From the IMG/VR virus record IMGVR_UViG_3300020048_000054, positions 45,119 to 109,118 of that record: 64,000 nucleotides of DNA; one strand, written 5' to 3'. Shown piece after piece: positions 56,926 through 64,000 of the stretch. A program made the position numbers and the translations under genes. The notes beneath the pieces are model-generated. The model searched no databases, was not told where the DNA came from, and saw only the letters and a program-made list of their open reading frames with translations. The DNA is from a virus. How positions within the stretch are numbered: position 1 is the stretch's first letter; the number at the start of each line of letters is the position of its first letter.

Positions 56926-57705
56926 TCAGAAAGTTCTAGATGCTCTCTCTGCTGCTGCTGCTTTCATTGCAGCTGTTCTGGCGCGGGCTTGTTGCTCTCC
57001 CTTACTTCCATCTCTAACCTTAGCTGCAGCTCTAGCCATAGTGTCTGGCTTTACATCAGGATTTTTAAATTCTACAGGAGTTTTGTCGGTGACGATTGAA
57101 GAATCTTGATTGTAACCACCACTAGGATGTCTTTGTGATGCAACGACTTTACCTTGCATGTTTTCTGCAGCGCCATGCACACCCGATGACCCGAGCATTC
57201 CTGCGAGTCGATAGCCAACATTTGTTGCTGGCTGAATATCACCACCTACTGGTTTTAGCCCCGAACGAAAACCGGTGACATGACTGGGACCACTATTATG
57301 TTGTCTAACCATAGCAGCCAAACGTGCCATGTTACGAGGACTATTTACTTCCATTAACTCTTCTACAGACATATTCATAGACTCAGCAATGGAAGCAATG
57401 ACATTCTCTAAGTCAGAGATGTATTCGGCTTGTTCAGCCATAGGAAAGGTTTTCTCTTGCTGTGCCAGTCTTCTGTTTTGAGCACCTTCTCCTGCAGGAG
57501 TGATACCTTCACCTTCTTTGTGTGGTCCTCGTACACCAAGATCAATCTTTGACTTTCTTTGTAGTCTTGCTAGTTCTACATCATTACGTCTTGCTGCAGC
57601 TGGCTGCATACCCTCACTCAATTGAGCAATAAGAGCTTTAGCTTTGGCTAGCTCTACTTGAAGATTGTTTCGTTCGTTAATAAGATTTCGTTGTACAAAG
57701 TCCAT
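56926..57705 (-). CDS. MDFVQ-leader cassette polyprotein 1
   Basis: Start re-set to MDFVQRNLINERNNLQVELAKAKALIAQLSE; internal conserved spacer AEYISDLENVIASIAESMN; AGGAGA RBS. Confidence 0.75.
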   Translation of the reverse strand: MDFVQRNLINERNNLQVELAKAKALIAQLSEGMQPAAARRNDVELARLQRKSKIDLGVRGPHKEGEGITPAGEGAQNRRLAQQEKTFPMAEQAEYISDLENVIASIAESMNMSVEELMEVNSPRNMARLAAMVRQHNSGPSHVTGFRSGLKPVGGDIQPATNVGYRLAGMLGSSGVHGAAENMQGKVVASQRHPSGGYNQDSSIVTDKTPVEFKNPDVKPDTMARAAAKVRDGSKGEQQARARTAAMKAAAAERASRTF

Positions 57706-57721
57706 GTGTATCTCCTGTTGT

Positions 57722-58357
57722 TTATGTATCAATATCCTTGATAGGAATGTTATGCTTGAGACGCCATGATCTCTCATAGTTAAGCATCTCTGCTGCTCTC
57801 TTGTGATCTTTGGATTTCTTCCCACGCTTAGTGAGAGAATCTGCTACTCTATCGTAATATTGTAGTTTAGTCTTTGGTGATGTAATGCGGGAACCTCTCT
57901 CAGCAATATCAGTGAGTATGCCAAAAGGTCCAGCTATGCTTTTAGCACTATCGTTTGTCATTCGAACACCAAGCCGTTTTCCAATCATCTTGTATGCACG
58001 ATCTCTTCTTGAAGAATCTGTGTCATAGCGAATGTGTGTGGTTGGCTCATCATGTGTGCTTATATGATGCTTTAAAGCGGCATGTACATGAGCAAAAGAT
58101 GCTAATGCCACATTGGTTGGTTTTACCTTTGTCTTTCTCGCTGAAACTTTATCATTAAAATCAAAGTTCACATACGCCGAAGGACTTCCCGGTTTTCTTG
58201 TGATCTGTACAACTCCACGCGGACCACCTGTTTGTTCACGAGATATATTGTATCGATGAAAATTGGTGTTGTGATTTTTATCTTTTTGAATGATAGGCTT
58301 CGACAGCACTACTGGAGTGTCAAATGTTTCTGTGATATACTGACTAAAGGTTTTCAT
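57722..58357 (-). CDS. Family-B protein with leader MKTFSQYITE
   Basis: V.F.F...F.HV....HH...I.Y.T....RDRAY....KRLG pattern shared with 42504 and 43075. Confidence 0.7.
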   Translation of the reverse strand: MKTFSQYITETFDTPVVLSKPIIQKDKNHNTNFHRYNISREQTGGPRGVVQITRKPGSPSAYVNFDFNDKVSARKTKVKPTNVALASFAHVHAALKHHISTHDEPTTHIRYDTDSSRRDRAYKMIGKRLGVRMTNDSAKSIAGPFGILTDIAERGSRITSPKTKLQYYDRVADSLTKRGKKSKDHKRAAEMLNYERSWRLKHNIPIKDIDT

Positions 58358-59094
58358 TTCATCTTTTTCTTCTTAGGACGATTACTGATTTCGCGTACTC
58401 TTTCTGCTTTCAAATCAGATTTTATGGCTTTATCTTTGAGATCTTTTGGATCCCGATCATCTGGAAAATAACGAAGAGTTGGATGCTCTTCAAAGGTTCT
58501 CTTATCGGCTGGTTTACCCATCATTTTAATCATTTGAATTCTACTTATTCTTGACATAGCACGATCAGACTTCTTCAATGAGCTTGCTCGAAAGTCTTCT
58601 CCGTCAGGTCCCATAGCATCCTTAGCATCACGCATTGCTGTACCCTCAATTTTATTCAACAAGTCTCTTCTTACAGGAGTAATTCTATAGGTTTCATACA
58701 AGTCAGCTGCAGACACATTCATCGATTCTGCGATTGTTGTAATGACATTCTCTAAATCAGAGATGTATTCGGCTTCTTCGCTCATAGGTTTGGTTATGCG
58801 ATCTACTGCTCTACCAATTCCTTCTTTTCTGTTTTTGAGTGTTTTAAGGACACGACTTGGATCACTTCCTGAATCTGCTATGTGCCCCGCATCGTTATCG
58901 AGGGTTGCAATATCGTTTCTTTCTGACCAACTCATACCACCGGGTTCAGTATTAACACCAGAAGCTTTCTTGATATACGAACCAAGTGTCTTATTGCTCA
59001 ACTCATTCAGCTGAGCAATAAGAATGTTAGCTTTCGCTAACTCAATTTGAAGGTTGTTTCGTTCGTTAATAAGATTTCGTTGTACAAAGTCCAT
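58354..59094 (-). CDS. MDFVQ-leader cassette polyprotein 2
   Basis: Same leader and spacer as 56926..57705 but unrelated payloads (ELSNKTLGSYIKKA...). Confidence 0.75.
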   Translation of the reverse strand: MDFVQRNLINERNNLQIELAKANILIAQLNELSNKTLGSYIKKASGVNTEPGGMSWSERNDIATLDNDAGHIADSGSDPSRVLKTLKNRKEGIGRAVDRITKPMSEEAEYISDLENVITTIAESMNVSAADLYETYRITPVRRDLLNKIEGTAMRDAKDAMGPDGEDFRASSLKKSDRAMSRISRIQMIKMMGKPADKRTFEEHPTLRYFPDDRDPKDLKDKAIKSDLKAERVREISNRPKKKKMK

Positions 59095-59119
59095 GTGTGT
59101 CTCCTAGTTTTATGTATTG

Positions 59120-59824
59120 TTAATCTTTATTGGGGTCATATACTAGACTCCACAGATCTGATCCTGATTTGTCGTCACCATATACTGTATTACCATGCTG
59201 ATCTGGATCATATCTGCGAATATGCTCGTGAGATTCTTTATTGTATGCCGAAGTACCACCCAATCTTGTTATACCATGCCACATACTATGCGCGCCCTTT
59301 GACTGTGTTTCTCCACTCATGATTGGAAGATTAGTATGAGCAGCTGCCATCATATAGACTCTTGCAGGAAGATCATTCACATGTGCTCGTTTTCCTTTAT
59401 GAGCATGCATGAATTGTGGTATTCCTTCCGGAGACATCATCTTCACAGCAGGATTATCTAATTTGCGTGGTTTATCATGTTCAAAAAACCTAACATGACC
59501 GACTACATCATCCTTGTGTTTCACAATAACACTATGAATATTTTTGGGATCATCCCAGTGACTCAATGAGCCATCACTTGCTTGTGCATGGTATACCTTG
59601 TATGGACCAATGTTTCCTATTTCTTTGTGTTGAGTCGAATATCTGTCTGCGCGAGTATAATCCAAAACTGGTGGATCATTAGGCTTAGTAGGAGGAATGA
59701 ATCCACGCTGAATTAATGTTGAAGTAAGCTCAGAATCATTATGTTTTTTATGCTGGCGTGTGCCTACATCGCCACGATCAAAATGCGGCATATCCTCCGA
59801 GATGTATCGTAGAAAGGATTTCAT
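59120..59824 (-). CDS. Family-A GNAT-like protein with leader MKSFLRYISE
   Basis: IGNIGPYKVY, LPARVY, IMSGETQSKGAHSMW. Confidence 0.6.
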   Translation of the reverse strand: MKSFLRYISEDMPHFDRGDVGTRQHKKHNDSELTSTLIQRGFIPPTKPNDPPVLDYTRADRYSTQHKEIGNIGPYKVYHAQASDGSLSHWDDPKNIHSVIVKHKDDVVGHVRFFEHDKPRKLDNPAVKMMSPEGIPQFMHAHKGKRAHVNDLPARVYMMAAAHTNLPIMSGETQSKGAHSMWHGITRLGGTSAYNKESHEHIRRYDPDQHGNTVYGDDKSGSDLWSLVYDPNKD

Positions 59825-62205
59825 TTTGCTAGTTTAGCGTTGAGTCGAGTAAGAAGACTTTCTCTATTTTTCTTTTGCTGAGTTGCTCTTGCAGCTAAAT
59901 CGTGTGTTGGTATCACACCCATATTAGACAACATAGATTTGTGTGCAGCAATCTGATCAATTGAATGTTTTGTGATATGTCTAGCCGCCATTCTATCATT
60001 TATATTATCCAGTACTTCATTGACTTCTCTTGGCTTACCAATTCTACCCAGACCAGCTTTCTCAAGTTCTTGTTCTATACGAATTTTATGCTCTGCTGCT
60101 TCTGCTTCCTTCTTGGTTGGAAGTTGTTTGCCTTTTAGTCGTGACATTATTGCAGCAGCGGCGGAACCGCGAACGATTTCTTCATCGAGTTCCATAGTTC
60201 CCGGAACTTTCATTTTCATAGTCTTGCCAAACCCGGTTCTCTCTAAGTTACTTGGATCAAATGTTCTTATAGAATCTGCTCCACCCGCTCCTGCTGGAAT
60301 GTAACCAATAGGAGAAACGGATCGCTTTCCTCTTGTCGCATGTGGCATGATCGAAACAAATCCAGAAGCCGATGGATTCATTGATGCTACTTCGATTGTC
60401 TTTTTACCCGACACAAGATATGTCTTGTTATCATGTGTAACTAAATGATGTCTGCTCAAATCACCTTCGTGTTCTGCACCAAACTCAGGAGTAGATTGCA
60501 TATGTACAGCAACGCCACGACCACTCGACAGATGTGTAGAAATTAGTGCGTGTACCTTGTTTGCCGAATGGCTTCTTGCAGCATGTGTGACATCGGCAGT
60601 AACAGAATCCAATTTAGGTTTACTTGCTCGTGCAATATCACCTGCGAACTCTCCAGCTGAGTTTGTTGCTGCTTTGTATGCATCAACTCTGGCTTCATTA
60701 ATGGCAGCTGTACCTTTTGGAACAGTTACAATACCACTTGAGTGTGGTTGAACTGCAAAGTCTCCAGCTTTCGCTAACATTTTCTTTCCACCTTTGATAC
60801 GAAGACCAGCAATCAGACCTTCGCCTGGTTGAGCATCATTGTACACATGATCCAAATGGCGATGATCGTGCAAATCTCCATCAATCACTCTATATCGTTT
60901 ACCTGTTTCTTCATCATGTACATGTGTTGGAAGCGGATCGCCTTCCTTACCACCACGACCTGCTTTCACAGCAAACACCATAGCGGAAACACCACCATTA
61001 TTCAAATGGTGCCGTACATGTTTCCAATTTTGTTCTTTTCCTTGAATACCAGTAGACGAAAGAGTAAGATGATAATTCGAAGGAAGTTGTTTCTTTGATC
61101 CATCCGGATGATATAATCTAGAAGCTATCTTGGTGTAGTCATAAAACTGCACATTTGGATGTTGTGTGAATACTTCTTTGTGAAGACTTTCGTGTGGAAT
61201 GTCCGAAACTATATTGAGCCGAACAGCAGCTTTCTTACCATTCTTAGCAGCAGATTTTTCGTGTGTGTCAATTTCGCTGTGCAACATTCCCATGAATTTA
61301 CTTGGGTGATCCAACATGAAATTAGTTTTGTTGAGTCTTGCTTTTTGAGTGAAGTTCATTGCGCCACGCCCAGCTTTATTCAAACATGCTGCTTTGCATT
61401 CTTGAGTTGCACACGCACAAGTGTTTACTCTGCCAGACTCCGTGGAAGGAGAAAGAGAAAGTCCTTTGGTTGCATAGGTGGGAACATTGATTCCCTCTTT
61501 GGCTAGTTTTGGATTGCTGCCTTCGGCACCAAGAAGTTTTGTCTTTCGCATGGCTCTTCCAGCCTTTGCATGAACCTTTTGTTCTGCAGGATTCACAACA
61601 GCATCGAACCCCTGCTTCACCGATCCCCAATTCTTCTTGTCAGGTGCAGCTGATGGCATTTGAGGAAGAGAAACATCCTCCATCAAGAAATTTAAATAAT
61701 CGTTGAATGTCAAAACCAAATCGTTTTCTATTATGTGTTGATTAAATGTTTTCATGGTGTGTTCTTCGTTTACAGATTTATTTCCCCAATTTGCAGCGCC
61801 AACCTTACGACACTTAACCAATGCTCCGGAAGCATAAGCAGAAGGCCAAACGCTATATCTCGACTTTACTTTACTGTAGCAAGCATCCTTTTTACCGCTA
61901 CCTTTTCCTTTTTTGTCAGATTCTTCATTCATAGTTTTTACATTCGTTGGTTTTGCAGCATTAGACTTTGATTGTTGATTAGGATCTGCCGCTTTCTTTC
62001 TTCGTGCAGCAGACTTTCTTTCTGCCTTTGTCATACTGGCTCTCTTTTGAGATGAAACACACTTAGGAACGCCTTCTCCCGGCTCGTCACTTGCACAGCT
62101 TCCACCAGTTACGACATTTACCCAACCAGGCTTTCCATCTTTTGATTTGGAATTGCCAAACCAATCACGAAGACCTTCTTTTAATTGTTTTTTAAAGTCT
62201 TTCAT
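59821..62205 (-). CDS. Multi-module polyprotein containing a GP88-like (radical-SAM-like Cys-cluster) domain
   Basis: Leader MKDFKKQLKE; modules GLRDWFG...KCV and KKDACYSKVKSRYSVWPSAYASGALVKCR; internal MKTFNQHIIE; then C..AT.EC...CL..AGRG, VRLN..SDI, QFYDYTK, NYHLTLS, IDGD.HD.R.LD. Confidence 0.7.
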   Translation of the reverse strand: MKDFKKQLKEGLRDWFGNSKSKDGKPGWVNVVTGGSCASDEPGEGVPKCVSSQKRASMTKAERKSAARRKKAADPNQQSKSNAAKPTNVKTMNEESDKKGKGSGKKDACYSKVKSRYSVWPSAYASGALVKCRKVGAANWGNKSVNEEHTMKTFNQHIIENDLVLTFNDYLNFLMEDVSLPQMPSAAPDKKNWGSVKQGFDAVVNPAEQKVHAKAGRAMRKTKLLGAEGSNPKLAKEGINVPTYATKGLSLSPSTESGRVNTCACATQECKAACLNKAGRGAMNFTQKARLNKTNFMLDHPSKFMGMLHSEIDTHEKSAAKNGKKAAVRLNIVSDIPHESLHKEVFTQHPNVQFYDYTKIASRLYHPDGSKKQLPSNYHLTLSSTGIQGKEQNWKHVRHHLNNGGVSAMVFAVKAGRGGKEGDPLPTHVHDEETGKRYRVIDGDLHDHRHLDHVYNDAQPGEGLIAGLRIKGGKKMLAKAGDFAVQPHSSGIVTVPKGTAAINEARVDAYKAATNSAGEFAGDIARASKPKLDSVTADVTHAARSHSANKVHALISTHLSSGRGVAVHMQSTPEFGAEHEGDLSRHHLVTHDNKTYLVSGKKTIEVASMNPSASGFVSIMPHATRGKRSVSPIGYIPAGAGGADSIRTFDPSNLERTGFGKTMKMKVPGTMELDEEIVRGSAAAAIMSRLKGKQLPTKKEAEAAEHKIRIEQELEKAGLGRIGKPREVNEVLDNINDRMAARHITKHSIDQIAAHKSMLSNMGVIPTHDLAARATQQKKNRESLLTRLNAKLAK

Positions 62206-62299
62206 ATGAAATATATATTGAGTGTTGACTTTCGCGGTTATTTCGATTACACTTAAAAATCAGAAATAGCCATATTCTTTCCTCTATAGGAACTTTAAA

Positions 62300-62596
62300 A
62301 TGACATATATTGATGCCGACAGTACTTTTTCTGTGTGGAAGACTAAGTATCCACATACATTCAAAACAACTTCGAAATACTTCTGGGGTCCAGAATGTTC
62401 AGGTGAATGGCTACCTGTTATCGAAAAGCTTTTAAACAAAATCAACGATTATCTTTCAACCAGAAAAGAAGATCCAGCCAATCCGTTTATGGTCGACCAG
62501 ATCAAGGAGAAGTTTGGAAGCCTTCGTGTTTACTGTTCTGGTACAGATAAAATAATTGATTCCATGATCTCCGCAGCTGAAAAAGAACGCATATGA
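62300..62596 (+). CDS. Conserved hypothetical phage protein
   Basis: EC..GEW...QIKEKFGSLRVY motif. Confidence 0.7.
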   Translation: MTYIDADSTFSVWKTKYPHTFKTTSKYFWGPECSGEWLPVIEKLLNKINDYLSTRKEDPANPFMVDQIKEKFGSLRVYCSGTDKIIDSMISAAEKERI

Positions 62597-63150
62597 GCGC
62601 ATGCACATACTTCATCGGTTGTACTCACTTCGGACACGAAGCCATGTATCGCTTTGTTCGTGCAAATGGCGAAAAGGTTCGTCCATATGCTTGTGCTGAA
62701 GAAGGCGATGCAGTCATCATGGAAAATTGGAACAAGACTGTTCGCAAAGGTGACAAGGTGTATGTCATGGGTGATGTGGCATTTAAGCCTAAAGATCTCA
62801 AGATTCTTGGATCACTCAATGGCTCAAAGATTCTCATCAAGGGTAACCATGATAATCTGCCTCTTGCTCAGTATGCCAAGTACTTTCGAGATGTTCGTGC
62901 CTATCACAAACTCGACAATGAAGTTCTGTCACATATTCCAATTCATCCTGTGTCTCTATGGAGAGCCAAGAGGAATGCGTTTTGGTTGAATATACATGCT
63001 CACCTACATGCCGAAGAAGTTACGCTTGTAGAAGGCGTGACAGATCTTAGATATTTCTCTTGCTGTGTAGAGAGAATCGGATATAATCCAATAAGTATCG
63101 ATGAGATACGAAATCGCGTTGCCGCACTTCATCACAAGGAAACCCTATGA
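62593..63150 (+). CDS. Calcineurin-like metallophosphoesterase
   Basis: THFGH, NWN..V...D.VYVMGD, IKGNHD, LSHIP, NIHAHLH. Confidence 0.85.
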   Translation: MSACTYFIGCTHFGHEAMYRFVRANGEKVRPYACAEEGDAVIMENWNKTVRKGDKVYVMGDVAFKPKDLKILGSLNGSKILIKGNHDNLPLAQYAKYFRDVRAYHKLDNEVLSHIPIHPVSLWRAKRNAFWLNIHAHLHAEEVTLVEGVTDLRYFSCCVERIGYNPISIDEIRNRVAALHHKETL

Positions 63151-63270
63151 AAATTACACTCGAAACCGCCATTATCAAGTCCGCAATCTTTATCGCAAAG
63201 GTAGTTGTGTTCTGCGTTATCTTTAATAGCCTGTGCTTCTTCCGTAAAATTGGATTCTAAAGGAAACCAC

Positions 63271-63459
63271 ATGACCACAAAAAAGAAAATCACTAAGCCT
63301 GCTTATATGCGTTATACTCTCTCACTAATGCCCCCACCGGGTGTATTCTCTGTACTGCTTGACTTGGCGATTCTAGCCATGCTCACGTTTGCTGCGAGTA
63401 CATTGTTTCTCATGAGTCTACAACTCTGCCAGAAGATTACCATTACTGTAGGAAAGTAA
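63271..63459 (+). CDS. Small membrane protein
   Basis: AAGGA RBS; start MTTKKKIT; hydrophobic C-terminal half. Confidence 0.5.
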   Translation: MTTKKKITKPAYMRYTLSLMPPPGVFSVLLDLAILAMLTFAASTLFLMSLQLCQKITITVGK

Positions 63460-63463
63460 ATCA

Positions 63464-63823
63464 ATGTCTGATATATTTGTCGGAGATAATGATCATGGTG
63501 ATGCAGTTCCGCCTACTGATGTTCTGTTGCAAATGATTAAACTACTCCGTGAGGATGTTGTGCATTTTGCTCAGGAACTCGATCAACTTAAGCACAAAGA
63601 AAGTGTCCGAAGGCAGAAGATATTGCATGATATCGTATGGTGCTTTGAAGGAGGTGGTGCTAAAGACGGAAGTCTTAATCAGCTCCTGTATGATCTTGCA
63701 AGAAAAGAAGTTGAGGATATGGTTATTCCTAACAATTCTGTCACTGAGAGTTACGAAAAGATTGCCACCAAATATCACACTACTTTTCAGAAGTTAGCAC
63801 AAGAGGAAAACACCAATGGCTAA
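63464..63823 (+). CDS. Hypothetical protein
   Basis: 119 aa ORF in the operon. Confidence 0.55.
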   Translation: MSDIFVGDNDHGDAVPPTDVLLQMIKLLREDVVHFAQELDQLKHKESVRRQKILHDIVWCFEGGGAKDGSLNQLLYDLARKEVEDMVIPNNSVTESYEKIATKYHTTFQKLAQEENTNG

Positions 63824-64000
63824 TGGAGAATTTGTAAAACACGGAATGACTCAGGAGCGATTTGATTTTCTAATGCAGCCCTTTGAAGGCGATGAGAGCG
63901 TCATGCTCACCGCAGATGAACTCAAAGATGGGTGGCATTGGTGTGATGATTGGGATAGTCTTTTGATTCATGCAGATGATGTTGAGTTCAAGCAATGCAA
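63816..64000 (+). CDS. Hypothetical protein, partial
   Basis: GAGG RBS; MANGEFVKHG...GWHWCDDWD runs off the right edge. Confidence 0.55.
   Translation, partial: MANGEFVKHGMTQERFDFLMQPFEGDESVMLTADELKDGWHWCDDWDSLLIHADDVEFKQC

Noticed and set aside
1-64000. Alternative genetic code (stop-codon reassignment)
   Set aside because: Conserved genes are intact under code 11, and none of the tRNAs found has a suppressor anticodon.

Overview
A 64 kb segment of a large T4-like (myovirus) phage genome. It has five parts. (1) 1-26.4 kb: AT-rich tail-fibre, baseplate and tail genes (gp8, gp7-like, gp6, gp25, gp27-like hub, gp53, gp48, gp4, tube-type, gp26/gp51, candidate tape measure). (2) 26.5-38.9 kb: gp32, gp33, further virion proteins, seven tRNAs, a circularly permuted (two-piece) tmRNA, two candidate structured ncRNAs and small accessory genes. 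(3) 39-45.6 kb and 56.9-62.2 kb: two arrays of basic proteins, several behind late-promoter motifs. Many begin with a leader resembling the T4 internal-protein capsid-targeting sequence (MKxFxxYIxE), fused to variable payloads (nucleotidyltransferase, GNAT-like, HExxH peptidase, GP88-like Cys-cluster domain). Some are built as polyproteins with conserved spacers. This is the best candidate for an undescribed system. (4) 45.1-45.9 kb: a GGAGTCCC repeat and palindrome array. (5) 45.9-55.3 kb: a visibly GC-richer island with near-leaderless sigma70-type promoters, repeated operator-like motifs, twin minimal kinases and a MoxR/CobS ATPase with a vWA-peptidase partner. GACC Cys-rich repeats and a GC-type dockerin subtilase point to a Phycisphaerae (Planctomycetota) host. 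All assignments come from reading motifs by eye; no database searches were run.
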